DNA from: Caecitellus pseudoparvulus
Taxonomy: Eukaryota > Protista > Bigyra: Bicosoecida
Assembly (NCBI GenBank): GCA_965644315.1
Contig: CBFFRQ010000006.1
Location: forward strand, 117,535 to 181,534
Direction of reading: 5' to 3'
DNA length: 64,000 nt
Part shown: positions 12,101-25,278 of the stretch, piece by piece
How the letters are laid out: each line of letters opens with the position of its first letter
Position numbering within the stretch: the first letter of the stretch is position 1
Notes under the pieces: generated by a model
What the model was told of the DNA's origin: nothing
The model's database searches: none
What the model saw: only the letters and a program-made list of their open reading frames with translations
Program-made: the position numbers and the translations under genes

Positions 12101-15100
12101 CTGCAGGCACGAGTGCTTACGGTCCTGGCGGACGCCTGCCGCAGCCATGGACTCGACGAAACGTATCTCCACAACGTCTTCCCTAGCAGCCACACGGGAG
12201 GCACCGAGGGTGCTGCTTTGCACAGCCTCCTTACCAACAGAGACTTGGCTTGCAGGGCAGCCCTGATGGACCTGGCCTTTGCTGTCGCCAAGCGGAGCGA
12301 CCTGGACGGAAGTGCGGTGCAGGCGGCCGCACTGCGTGTGTTGCTTGCGGGTACACAGGATGCAGATGAAGCCCTGCGTGAGCAAGTCTTGCGCTTCTGG
12401 GATGCAGAGGCGGGGTTATCGGAGAGCGCAAGCGTTCGCTGGCTCCAGGTGGTTGGCTTTGCCTCGTGGCCCTGCCAGGCATCAACTTGGAGTCAAATTG
12501 CCTGCACGCTACTTCTGCGCCCAGCCATGGCTTCCCCAACTGAGCTGCAGACATGCATGACGACCCAAGTTTTATGGGAAGATTGCAAGTTCAAGCAGCA
12601 AGGTGTGGATACAGGTTGGGTCTCCGGCAGCGGCGAGCGCGCGCTTGCACAGTCATTGGTCCGTGGGAGCCAGGCACAAGAAGCACAGCACTTGCTGCGC
12701 GCAACGGTCGCGGAAGAAAACGCAGAAGGGGCGCTCTTTAGTGCAACGCTTCCTACAGACGCTGGCGGTGCGTACAGGAGTGTAGGGGGCGGTACGTTTG
12801 CTGTGCGAGACGAGTTCACGATGCAGGCCTATGACGATGTCCCAGCTGACCGACCACGGGCGAGTGGTCCCCGACCCGAGCACTTAGCGAGTGCCCGAGA
12901 CATAGCTGCTGCAACGCTGCAAGATCAGCGTGAGCTGCCCAGCATCGTGAGTGACCTACGCAGCAGTGCGTCACTGTATGCTCGAGCGGCCTCCTCTGGT
13001 CCAGCACCCGTTTCGGCTGCAGGTGCACTGCAGCAGGCAGATGCATCTAGAGTGCTCAGAGTGCGATTTGGAGGGGCTGAGACCTCCCAGCGAGATGAGA
13101 GTGATGAACAGAGCCGAGAGCCGCACTGGAGGCGGGCCCTGCAAACTCGACAGCGTAAACGCGCAGCGCAACGATCTGCCCAGGCCAGTGCGGGTCGTGT
13201 CGTCGCACTGTTTCGCCAGTACCGCGCGGGAGACTTCCCTGACGTGCAGGCAAAGCGCGGTGATTTGCTGCGTCCGCTCATGTCTTTGTGCAGCACAGAC
13301 CCACTCATGGCCCAGTGCTTGCTTCGCTACACAGCCTTGGCCCTGTACACAACTCAACCAAAACGAGGTGGGCCAGCATTGAACCGCACAGCCATCGGGC
13401 GGCATGTCTTGCGATCCTCACTGCGAGCTATCAGCGTGAAGGCCAGCAAGGGGCCAAGCTTCCTAGGCGGCAACGCCGCCGCGAAGGGCACTCTGACCTG
13501 CTTGATGCACCTGTCACGTGATGCGGCACAGGCGGAAGCAGATCCAGCGTGCACGTTGCTGGACGCCTCCACGGGCATGTCTGAGGAACCCGCACATGCC
13601 GCTCGCCAAGACAGCGCCGACGTGGTGTTGGAGGCGCCCTCTGGCGGACAGGGGTTGGCTGGGCTGCAAGAATCTGGTGCGGGGACGACATGCCAAGCGG
13701 AGTTGCAAGGTTGCATCGCGCGCAGTCAACTGTGGATTGACCTCCCACCGCCACCTCTGGATCACCTCGCCCTGCCCAACGCTTTCCCGTTAGGCGTAGC
13801 TGAGATCACGAGCGCCACGGCTGGCCTGGGCTTGGAGCACGAAGTGCTTGCTTACTTCGAGAGCGGCTTGCGAGTCTCTGGCCAAGATGGCACGTTTGAC
13901 GGGGTAGGGGGAGGCAGCGCATCCCTCGTCCGACAAGGTTCAGCCTTATCGCTGCTTTCGCAGAGCCTGAACCCAAGTGGGAGCCTCGGTGCTGCGAGTG
14001 TGCGGCAGTCTGCCAGGCAAGCTACAGCTGACAGCGCCACACCTAGCACCCGGGCGCGGAGATCAAGGCGCAGCGCTTCCATGCCCCGGCAACAGCAGGC
14101 GCGGATCACTGCACGCCTACCGCAGAGGTCGTTTCCCAATCCCGCCGAAGCCTGCTCAGCCCGGCAGGCGGTGGCGCAGCTGTTCGCGGATATGTCAGAC
14201 CCAGACAGCGCGGCTGGTGCAGCCACCACTGTCCTGGGCTCTGAAGCCTCTCGATTGGGTGCCAGCGCCGAGGCCTGCGGGCATTTCGTGCTGGCCGCAG
14301 GTGTGTATACGAAGGCTATCGAGGCGCAGCAGACACTGGAAAGCCATCCCACCGCACCGGGCATGCTGGTGGTATCTCAGCCGCGCACGGATACGGTGCT
14401 GGTCACCCCGCCTGCTGCTTCCAAGCTCGGGCTGCCGTCTTGGACGCGGCACGTCTGCCTGTGGGACCAAGGCGATGCACTGTCAGTGGATGAGGTGAGC
14501 TGGTGGGAAGACCGGTACCTGCACAGTCTGGAGCAGCTGGGAGACTGGGCTGGCGTGTCTGAGGGCGTCCATGCGACGTTGGACCGAGCGTTGAAGGAGG
14601 AGGTGGAAGATGCGCTTGGAGAAAGCAGTGTTGAAGGCACTCACACACTCGGAGGAAACCCACTGTATCCGTTCTTGTGGGGTGGGAATGTGGACGTGGT
14701 CGTCGATGGGCAGAGGCAGTCACTTGTGCCTTCAGCACCTCACGGAGGAGTGCAGCGTCTGGCATTGCTTGTCCAGGCGATGGCTCGTGGGGGGGGCATG
14801 CAGTCCCAATTAAGCCAGGTGCAGAGTGTCGCTGCAGCATCGCCTGTTGTGTCCTCATGGATGGAGCAGCACAGCCATCTCTTTCTCGCGCTTGCCGCCA
14901 TGCAAGCGGGCAGCGTTGGTGAGGTGTCCAGTCACCTGAACTCCTGGCGTGGCAGCGCCACTTGGGCGCTTACCAACATTCAAGCATTCTCGAACGCAGA
15001 TAAAACGTGCAGGCTCTTGGATGCATGCCGCCGCGTGGCCTCTGTCGCTGCGAAGCATCCCCAACGCGGCAGCGCGTTGCTGCCCTTGGTACAGCGAGGA

Positions 15101-18100
15101 GTGGAAGTTCTGGCACACAGCCACACACACTGCGGGGAACTGCTGCTTCTGGAATTCCAGCAAGCTGGACTCTCCAGTCTTTCTTCCGCTGTCTCCGCAG
15201 CTGTGGCAAGCATGCCGCCGGGATCTGAAGCGGCAGCTGGCTGCCGCGGTGCTCTTGAAACCTTGGCCGGGGCAGTGGCGGCCGCACAGCAAAGGACGCT
15301 GGCAGCGCACTTTCGAGCAGGTAAAGTGTTCCCTGCTTTGGCATTCATCCACCGCACTGACTGCAGTGTGGACGCATCGAACCTGGCTCAAGCTTGCCGA
15401 GCCCTCAGCAGGTTTGCACTGGAGGATGGCTGCCCCAGTGTCGCACTGGAACTTCGCACTTTGGGTATGCAGCACGGGTTGCGAGCGGTTACAAGTGTGC
15501 GCGACGCTGGTGTTCTTCCTCGTCTGTCCCAATTCGCCCAACTCGCACACGATTTCTGCGTGCATCCTGCACAACCAGCATCGGCGCAAGCTGCGGTGCG
15601 CATCGCGTATTGGGGCTTGCGATCCGCAGCGTGTGGTGACTTGAGCATGGTACAGTCGCTAACACACCAATCAGATTGGACATCCGTGTGGGGCGAGGTG
15701 ATCCAAACCGGGGTGCCTGCTCCAGTGCTGATGTCTTGCGAGACAGCAGGCTTCGCCAGCCCATCTGCTGCATCGCCGCTCGCACGGCTGCAATCGTTGG
15801 ACTCCCCCAATCCCCAGACAGCAGACTCATCACCAGGTGCAGCTGATTCAGGTTCATGGCTGCCTTTTGTAGCCTTCCTGACAGACTGCTTGGACCGCGT
15901 GGAAGCGGGCCGCAGCTCAGCCAGGCGAGGGCCGTTTGCGTCTGACAGCAAGCTCAAACGTGCGCGCACTGACTCCCTCAACAGTATGGCGGGTGCCGGG
16001 ACGATAGGGAACAGTAAGCACATTGCTGAGTTGCTCAGCTTGGCGTTGGGCATGCCCCTTCCGGACGTGCATCCATGGCTCGGAGGGCAGTTCAGCGCTG
16101 CGGTGCTCGCAGCTCTGGGCAAGGGGCACACTGCCGTGCTCCCCTACCTCCCCCGCGTGATTTCTATGCTGCTGGCATTCCCTGTGACATGTTTGCCAGT
16201 CTGGCAGAGCCTGGCCGACACAGTGCCACCTTCAGCGTGGCTGACTGCTCTGGAGAGTCTTGTGTCCTTCACAGCGTTTGCTGTGCAGCGTGTTCCCCCC
16301 CAGCCGCGTATGCTTGGGCGGGGGCCGCCCAGCTCGCCGACATCGACTGCGACTGCCGTGGAAGGGGCGCTCCAAGCGCCTCACAAGGCGGTCGCTGCTC
16401 TGTCGTACCAGCTTCTGCGCGTGGCAGCGGCGTTCCCACACGCATGTGTGTTCCCGGTGCTGGTGGCGGCACAAGGCATGAATCTCGGGCGGGACGACCC
16501 ACGATGGGCGCCTCGCATCAATGCCCAGACAAGCCCTGGGGGGTCGGAGTTCCTGCTGCCCATCGTGCAGCTACTGTGCCGTGCAGCCCCACTCGCTGAG
16601 AACGTTGTCGTTGCTTCACGTGACTTGTACCCGCTTCAACTACGGGTATCTGACGCATGCAAAGCGGTCTCCACGGCCATGCGCGGAGACGAAGGGCAGG
16701 CAGCAGATATTTTCGAAGAGTTCCTGAAGGACATGCTGCCAATGGAGCGCCATGAGGAGCGCTGTGACAGTTCTCATGGTCTGGGAGCGGTCAAGACCAA
16801 AGTGGCCCAGGCGCTTCGCGGGAAGCACCGTGAGGGGGCTGTCATCTCCACCGCCTCATTGGAGGCAATGCGCATCATCGCAGGGCAGAAAAAGTCGTCT
16901 GCGGAGCTTGTCCGTCTCGTTCAGGCTGCCTCGCCGCCACCGGGCCAGCACAGGCTGCGGGACTTTTCGGCTTGGCTAGCTGACTACGACGGGCGCTTGC
17001 ACCCAGTTTCTGAGGCGTGGAAGTTGCCGAATCAGTCCACTCGCAACTCGGATGCCGCCCCAGCCTTTGCATCGTCTCAAGTGCGTGTGATGACTCTGGA
17101 GTCGAAGGCGCTGTTCCTGGACTCAAAACAAAGGCCGGCGCGGTTGGGTCTCGTCGGCGATGATGGCCAGCGGCACAGGTTTCTTGCCAAGGCTGGAGAA
17201 GACATGCGCATGGACCAGCGTGTCGAAGACGCGTTTGGAGCGATGAATGCCGAGGTGCAGAAAGGGCACAGCTCCCGTTCGGCTGCGCTGCAAGTGCATC
17301 AGCTGCTCGTGACGCCCACATCTACGTCTGGTGGCTTTATGCAGTGGCTTGAGGGTGGCGAGACCATGGATGCTCGGGTCACCCAAGAGCTTGACGCAAG
17401 TCATCCAGGTCTCATTCCGGGTGGCTCAGTGCAGTCTGCGGTGATGAAAGGCACAGCGCCAGGCTGCGACGTTCTGCAGCGCATGCGGGGATCCGGGCAA
17501 GCGCCGCTCGCCACGCGCATCGGGCGCCTGTTTGAGAAGTCAGACGACACAGTTGCCGCCGCGTATGACCAAGCTGCAGCAGCCATCCCCAGCACATCTT
17601 TGCAGCGCATGGTGGCAAGGCTTGCACCAGATGGCCGAACGCTGCACTGGCTGCGGCGGCAGCTTGCTGGTTCCTTGGCCGCCACAAACGCTTGCTCTTA
17701 CCTGCTAGGCATCGGCGACCGCCACCTGCGGAACATCATGTTGGTGCCGTCCAAAGGTATGGTGGTCCCCATTGACTTCGGCTACTCCTTCGGCATTGGC
17801 GCCACCAAGTTGCCTGTCATTGAGACGTACTGCATCCGCCTGACGCCCAGCCTGCGAGCCATGTTGGCACCTCTCCACACTGGGCGGTCCCTGGTCCTCC
17901 CCATGGCACGGGTGATGGGCGCGCTGCAAGATTCCTCGCAGACGCTGCTTGCCACGCTGCAGCCATTCATTTTGGACCCTGTCATGGAGTGGGAGCTGCA
18001 CGCAGCTCAGCTGTCTGACAAGCTTTTACAGAGTGGCGGGCAAGAGGCCCTTGCACGTGTGCAGCAGGGAACTGCCGCAAGCACAGGCTCGGAAGCCACG

Positions 18101-18661
18101 ACAGGTGCCGATGTCCAGCTGGGAGCCTCGGGCACGCTCATTGTGTCAACGATACAGTCGGCAGCCAGCAGCTCCACGGTTGGCGGCGTCAAGCGCGGCC
18201 GTAGCCGAGGCGCCATCAGCTTTGACATGCCAGACGCACCGGGAGACTGTGAGGGCGCCCCGACAGAAGTTTGGGAAGGCCACACCGAGACGTCTGTGGA
18301 TGGCGCGGCAGCAGCCGTTTTCTCACCGCAAGCGCAGTTGGAAGCGACGTGGTACCCACAGCTCATGCTGCGGCGGGTGGAAGCAAAGTTGAAGCGAGTG
18401 AATCCCGCCGCGATCTTGGCGGACGAGGTCCAAGACAACAGTCAGTTCCCACGTGCTGCTGGGCAAAGGGCGGTGCGCTGTGCGTTGCAAGCGATTGCTG
18501 GGGCCGAACGAGCTGACTGCTTGCGGGCACGCCCTTCTTGCAATGAGGGCCCTTTGCGCAAGTGTGAAGACGTGCAGCAGCAAATGGAGTGCCTTGTGGA
18601 ACTAGCGACGGACAGTGCCCTCCTAGCCCGCGCGTGGATCGGACTTTGCACCCACATTTGA
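3157..18661 (+). CDS. PRKDC: DNA-dependent protein kinase catalytic subunit (PIKK family), exons 3157-3304 and 3387-18661; ~5140 aa
   Basis: C-terminal PI3K-like kinase motifs SKQRP, FLAKAGEDMRMDQR, YLLGIGDRHLRN and IDFGYSFG, plus FATC QMECLVELATDSALLARAW. DNA-PKcs-specific segments RVAALELVHAMFLSMLG, WGIKSTT and LFRQYRAGDFPDVQ. An 82-nt phase-1 intron joins the ATG at 3157 to the long ORF. Confidence 0.9.
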
Positions 18662-18839
18662 CCTTGCGTTTGTCGCGCAACTGACTCGGGCAAGCAAATC
18701 CAACAGCCTGCATCGCCCCAGCACGAGGTATGGGACACAGCGGCACCTCTGCACCCGCTCCCGTATCTTGTCACTGCACAGATTCATAGCGTTCTAGCTT
18801 TTCGGGCGAGACGCAGTCAGCGCCCCGTCAGCTGAGAGC

Positions 18840-21073
18840 ATGGCATCTATCGTTGGCCAGATGGCCGGCTCGTCGCGAGATGGCAAGCTGGCCGAGATGA
18901 ACATGGCAGAGTTCATGGCCCTGCTTCGCCCTTATTTCTGGCCCACGAATGGGTGGGATCGCGCGAGGGCCCTCAGCTGTTTTCTGTGCCTGGGCATCAG
19001 CAAGGTACGCAGCTGCGAGTGCGCGCTGGAGTTTCGCGTTTCAGCTGATGCCCCCGCTGTCGTGCAGGCCTCTGGCATTCTGGCTCCCATCTTCCTCGGC
19101 CAAGCTGTCGATAAGATTTCCAGGGGCGAGCTTCCAGTGGACTTGTTTGCTATCTGGGCAGCTCTCGTGAGTGCTGAGTAGCACGTAGGCGTTTGCCGCT
19201 ATCTGGGCAGGCATCCCCTGGCGCTTTTGCTGCTGTGCAGACGTTTGGGGTGTCGGCAGGGAAGGAGGCACAGCGCATGGTATACCTTGGCGTGAAGGAG
19301 GTGGCCTACCGTGAAATCGCCTCCAGCACCTTCACACACCTGCACAGTCTGAGTGTTCAGTGGCACCTGAACCGCCGGATCGGGGTGGTGGTGCGAGCCA
19401 TGGACCGCGGCATCTCCTCTGCCGCCACTGTCGTCGACTGGCTCTTCCTGCGCCTGGTGCCGACCCTTCTGGAGGCCATCATCGTGTTCATCATCTTCAC
19501 CGTCGTGTACGACGCACTGTATGCCGCCATCACTCTGCTGGTGGGTTTTACAGTGTACATGACCCTCACGTACTTCATGTCCGAGTGGCGGCGCAAGATC
19601 CGCATGCGACTGAACGACATGGACAACCAGGCATCAGCCGTGTACGTGGATGCCCTGACCAATTTTGAAGTGGTCAAGGCCTTCACTAACGAGGCGTGGG
19701 AGTTAGGCCGGTATGACCGTGCGGTGCAGCGGCACCAGGCCGCCACGAGACACGTGCAGATTTCACTCGGCGCGCTGAACTCCAGCCAGCAGTTCATCAT
19801 CCGCCTGACACAACTCGTCATTTATCTCCTGGCTGGCGCTCAAGTTGTGGACGGCAACATTACCGTCGGCGACTTTGTAGCGCTGACTGGCTTCGTGCTG
19901 GCGGTGTTCGGGCCTCTCGAGTTCATGGGCATGGTGTTCTCGCTCACGGTCACGGCGTACGCTGACATGACCAACTTGAGCGACCTGCTGCGCGAGAAGC
20001 CTGACATTGTGGATGCTCCCGACGCCAACGAGCTGGTGCTGGAAGCGGGGGGGGCGGTCACACCACCCAGCGCGAGCGGCGACGCCACTGAGCCGCCTGT
20101 GGCGCTCCCAGCCAAGGCCCCAGCATTCCTGCCCCCGAGTGTGGAGTTCAAGAACGTGTCCTTTGCATACCCCGCCCAGAGTCAGAGCTTCATCGACCAG
20201 CGCACTGCAGCTCGCAAGCGCGCCGAGGCGAAGCGCAAGGCAGGCGCAGCAGGAAAGGACGCAGACACAGCAGCGCCCCCTGTTGCAGAGCAGGCACCCG
20301 CTGCATCTGCTGCGGACGTGCAGGTGGTGGTGCCAGACAGCCCGCGGTACGTGCTGAAGGATGTGTCCTTCACTGTGCAGCCAGGCACCACCACTGCCAT
20401 CGTGGGCGCCACTGGCAGTGGCAAGAGCACCATTGCCCGACTACTCTTCCGGTTTTATGACGTGACCTCTGGCAGCATCCTGGTGAACGGGCAAGCGGTG
20501 AATGGGAACCCGGAGGTCACTGCGCATTCCCTGCGCAGTGCAATCGGGCTCATTCCGCAGGACACCGCGCTCTTCCATGACACCATTGGGTACAACATCG
20601 CGTATGGGCGGCCAGGGGCCCCTGATGCCCTCTTGCAGCAGGCTGTGCGTGATGCTGCGCTGGATGAATTTGTCGCCGACCTGCCGAAAGGCCTCGACAC
20701 CAAGGTAGGCGAGCGCGGCCTGCGGGTGTCGGGCGGCGAGCGCCAGCGCATCTCCATCGCGCGAGTGCTGTTGAAAGACGCCCCCATCTTGGTGGCGGAC
20801 GAGGCCACTTCCGCGCTGGACAGTGTCACGGAGGCGCGGGTGCAGGCCGCCATCAGCCGGGCTCAGTTCGGGCGCACGGTGCTGGTGATTGCTCACCGCC
20901 TCAGCACGATTCGGGACGCAGACCAAATCCTCGTTCTTGACAAGGGCGAAGTGGTGGAGCGAGGCAACCATGCCGAGTTACTGGCTACTGGCGGGAAGTA
21001 TGCAGAATTGTGGCGGCAGCAGGATGCCGATGGGGGGGGCGAGGCGCAAGGCTCACAGGAAGGCGCCGAGTAA
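18840..21073 (+). CDS. ABC half-transporter, ABCB subfamily (ATM1/ABCB6/HMT1-like), exons 18840-19004, 19068-19166, 19241-21073; ~698 aa
   Basis: TMD motifs FTHLHSLSVQWHLNRRIG...MDRG and DALTNFEVVKAFTNE. NBD has Walker A GATGSGKST, signature VSGGERQR, Walker B ILVADEATSALD and H-loop IAHRLST. Two GT-AG introns of 63 and 74 nt. Confidence 0.9.
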
Positions 21074-21241
21074 AATGCAAGGATCAAGGATTGATCAACG
21101 CGGCAGCATGCTGCACACTTGCCCCAACTTGTAATTACCCTGAACCAGGAGCTCCAGGGCGGCTGGGTTTGTCCGACACCTTGGCCCTTGCCTCGGGCGC
21201 AACGCCAGTGAGGGGCAGCAGCCACCACACAGGTGTCCAGC

Positions 21242-23831
21242 ATGGCCATGCTGCGGCTGCAGCGCGCTTGTCGGCGGTTCTCCACGAGTGCACAGCTGAC
21301 CCTCCCTGGCACGACAATCGTGAGGGACAGGGACCACGCGCAGCAGGTGCTGGAGGCGCTCATGCAGTCTCCTGAAGTCGTCCACGCCTGTGACACGGAG
21401 GTGGCCGACATCGACGTCGCAAGTCAGAGCCCTGTTGGAAATGGTAAGGTCATCTGTGCATCCATTTACAGTGGCCCCCATGTGAGCGGGGACAGGGAGC
21501 CCCGCATTTGGATCGACAACATGGACGAAGCTGAGGTGAGGTTCAATTTCCGCGTGGCAGCCCGGCGGCGTGCGCTGACTCGGGCAGTTCCCGAGCACCC
21601 CCGCCCCTGTGAGAGCGCAGGGCACGCTGGAGGTATTCAAGCCTTTCTTTGAAAGCACTTCCCACCTCAAGGTACGCGTGCGGGGCGCCGGTGTCACCAC
21701 ACTTCAGCGGCGCAAGTCACCCAGCCGCTCCCCACAGCTCTGGCACAACTACGGCTTTGACCGGCACGTGCTGTATAATGAAGGCATCGACGTCGCTGGT
21801 CTGGGTGGGGACACCATGCACATGGCCCGCCTTTGGACGACGGCCCGCGCCAAGAAGGGCGGCTACAGCTTGGAGAGTTTGAGCGCTGACCTGCTGGGTC
21901 ACCGCAAAGCGCCGATGAAGGAGCGTTTTTCCGTGCCCAAGCTCAAGAAGGACGGCAGTGAGGGCAAGGAGCGAGTGCTGCCCCCAGTGGAGGAGCTGCA
22001 GCGCAACCCTGCCACACGCCTTGACTGGATTGACTACAGCACGTTTGACGCTGAGGCGACCTGGCGTGTGGGTGAGGTGTTGCAGAGCAACCTGAAGCAG
22101 CGGCACTGGGTGGGCAACCGCAGCATGTGGGACTTCTACAAGCTGTACTACATCCCCTTCGCGACGGTTTTGACGGACATGGAGCGGGCCGGCATTCAGG
22201 TGGACGTGCAGTCTCTCCTGCCCGCGGCTGAGAAGCAGGCGTTGGCGGAGCGCAAGGCTGCAGAGGAGGCATTCTTGGACTGGGCCTGCCAGTACTGCCC
22301 TGACGCGTACCGCATGAACCCTGGGAGCGACGCCCAGAAGGCGCACTTCCTCTTCGCCCCTGCAAAGCGTGTCGCGAGCACGCGGAGGAAGGCTGCTCCG
22401 ATTGCACTCTCGCCGCCTTCGCCGCCACGGCGGGTGGCGCCACGGCCGTCACAGGCCGGCCTGACCCTGGAGGAGTTTGGCGCCAAGTACAACCTGTCCA
22501 TGTGCGAGGACCCAGAGGTGGAAGGCGCCGCGATGGGGGCCACTGTGCCGGAGGCCCTGGCGCCCGACGCTACCGAGTGGCCGGGTCGGCGCAAATTCCG
22601 CGTGGACAACACCGAGGAGTGGATCGAGCCGGGAAAGAAAAAGGCGAAGAAACAGAGGAACATTCTTCTGGATGGCCTGGGTGTGCCACCCCCTGCACGT
22701 ACTGCGGCAGGCTGGCCGGCTGTGTCTGCGACAGTGCTGAGCGAGCTTGCCGGGGCCCCGTTCGCTGACCCACCCAAGCTGGGCAGCCTGGCGCATCACT
22801 TTGGGTCAGAGGAGGAAGGGCGCGAAGCCTGCGAAGCAGTCGCCAACCTGCACCAGGTGGGCCTCATCGACACCATGCTGAGCAACTTCATCCTGCCGCT
22901 GCAGAGCATGACTGACTCCCAGGGGCGCGTGCACTGCAGCATGAACCTGAACACTGACACAGGGCGCCTGTCAGCCCGCCGGCCCAACCTGCAGAACCAG
23001 CCTGCACTGGAGAAGGACAGGTACCGCATTCGCCAGGCGTTTGGCTGCAAGCCTGGGAACAAGCTCATCGTGGCGGACTATGGGCAGTTGGAGCTGCGGC
23101 TGCTGGCACACATGGCGGACTGCAAGAGCATGATCGAGGCGTTCAAGCTGGGGGGAGACTTCCACTCCCGCACGGCCATGGGCATGTACGACCACATTTC
23201 CCAGGCAGTTGCGTCGGGGGACGTGCTGCTGGAGTGGGATGGCAGCGAGGGCGAGGCGCCGCCAGCTCCGCTGCTCAAGAACGAGTTCCCCTCTGAGCGG
23301 CGGCAGGCGAAGATCCTGAACTTCTCCATCGCGTACGGCAAGACGGCAGTGGGGTTGAGCAAGGACTTTGGCGTCAGTGTGGAGGAGGCCCAGGCCACTG
23401 TGGACCGGTGGTACGCGGATCGCCCGGAGGTGCGGGAGTGGCAGGCGAAAGTGCTGGAGATTGCGCGGGCCGAAGGCGCCACCCGCACGCTCATGGGGCG
23501 GTACCGGGACCTGCCTGACCTCTCCAGCTCGAACTGGGGTGCCCGCGGGCATGCTGAGCGTGCTGCCATCAACACGCCCATCCAGGGAGGCGCGGCAGAT
23601 GTCGTGATGATGGCCATGTTGAAGCTGGCGGCCGACGAGCAACTGAAGGCGTGGGGCTGGACCATGCTGCTGCAGATCCACGATGAAGTCATCCTGGAGG
23701 GGCCAGAGGAGTCTGCAGACGCTGCACTGCAGAGGGTCGTGCAGATCATGGAGCAGCCCTTCTCTGAGCCGCTCAAGGTGGACATGATCGTGGATGCATC
23801 CATCGCGGACACCTGGTACGAGGGCAAGTGA
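21242..23831 (+). CDS. Family A organellar DNA polymerase (POP / plant PolI-like) with 3'-5' exonuclease, probably mitochondrial; exons 21242-21535, 21621-21671, 21738-23831; ~812 aa
   Basis: Presequence-like start MAMLRLQRACRRFSTSA. Exo I HACDTEV, Exo II WHNYGFDRHVL, Exo III YSTFDAE. TGRLSARRPNLQNQPALEKDRY is typical of POP. Motif A ADYGQLELRLLAH, motif B RRQAKILNFSIAYG, motif C LQIHDEV. Confidence 0.92.
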
Positions 23832-23912
23832 CGTCTCCTCCCAAATCCTAATGCACCGATATGTGGTTGGTTCTTGGTGGGAGTCTTGTTATTCCATCTA
23901 AGACACGGCACC

Positions 23913-25033
23913 ATGAGGTGCCCTGGCCCAGTGCGCCGGTGTGGCAGCAGGCTCCGAAGGCGGCTTGAAGCTGTGGATTGGGAGGCGCTGGCCGTTCGGC
24001 TACTCAAGGCAGCAGTCCGACAGGCTGTGGTCTGGCGCCCGCTCGTGTATGCGTTGATTAAGCCATGGAGTGATGCACATGAGACCACTGCTCCTGCACA
24101 CACGGGCAACATTTCGGCCTTCCTGAAAGTGCGTGGAATGGTCGCTGTGCAGCAACTTCCGCAGTCGCCCACCACGCCTTGCTTTGGCTCCACCTGCAGC
24201 ACTCGTTCGAGCCGCGTTGGCCATTCCCAGCGTTCTTCATTCTGTATGCAGCTGCCATGTACGGGTTTTCTCTCCTGCTGCCCCAGGCAGTGGAGGCCCC
24301 AGGATTGTCACTGGCTGCCTTCCACAGCGTGAGCTTGTGGGCTGGCATGTCGCTTGCTGTGTACGTCTACGTGAACTTCTGCATCACAGCACGGCCACAC
24401 CCATTGCGATCTAGGCATGGCAGCTTGCGGGATGTCTTCGTGCTGCTGCTGCTGTCGCCAGTGATGGCTTGGAGTGCTGCGCAGGTGTGGCGAGAAGCGC
24501 CCCATGAGGCTGAAAGGCTGGCCTTTCTCACGCTCGCCTGCGCAGGGGCGGCACACCACCTGTCCTTCATCCAGCGCTTTGGTCTAGACGTCGGCTCCCT
24601 GTCAGCCCAGTGCCTGGTGGAGGGGGGCTCCTCTAAGTCCCGCATCCTGGCGCTAGTCAAGGTGCTCGCCGCGATCTCGCTGGCGTGGTGGCATGGCGCA
24701 CTGTCGGTGTGGCGGGGGTCGGTGTGGCACTTGCTGCCCTGGAGCGCCGTGGTGCTTGGGGTGTTGGTGCTGGCGGCGCTGTCCTGCCACTACACGCACT
24801 TGCACATTCACCACTGGGCGGCAGGGCTCATGCTGATGCCGCTCGCGAGCGTGGGCTGGCCCACGGCCAGCGCAGCCTTGCTGGGCCTGGGCTGGGGCAT
24901 GATGGTGGAGGGGGCAGCTCGATGGTCTTGTGCTCCCCTGCTGCATCTGAAGTATGACATTTCCGAGGCCGACTTGCAGCGTGAGGAGGCAAGTTTGATG
25001 CAGTGGGTGAATGACGGCAGCACGCGCATCTGA
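23913..25033 (+). CDS. Multi-pass membrane protein of unknown function with an HLHIHHW...EGAARW motif; exons 23913-24128 and 24200-25033; ~349 aa
   Basis: About 7-8 hydrophobic segments. A phase-0 71-nt intron GTGCGT..CTGCAG joins the 23874 and 24179 ORFs. Confidence 0.65.
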
Positions 25034-25278
25034 GCGGCACTTGGCAGGTGGTGCCAAAACTGCGTGACAGAAGATGACTTCCGAATGTATCTCTCGCGTT
25101 TGTTTTCCGTCGGTGATTTTCCTTCCCTTGCCGGTGAACTGGCGCCAAGCAGAGTGGCGCTGCCAGCGAGCAGTGTCGCGTGCGACACGGCACTCTCTGC
25201 GCTGCAGGGCGCTCCACACGGCTGCGAGCGACTGTCGCGCGCCCTGCAGGGGTCTTGTTACATATATAGTATTGCACC

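Noticed and set aside
21242-23831. Family A polymerase as evidence of a prophage, virus or bacterial contaminant
   Set aside because: It has spliceosomal introns, a mitochondrial-type presequence and POP-specific motifs.
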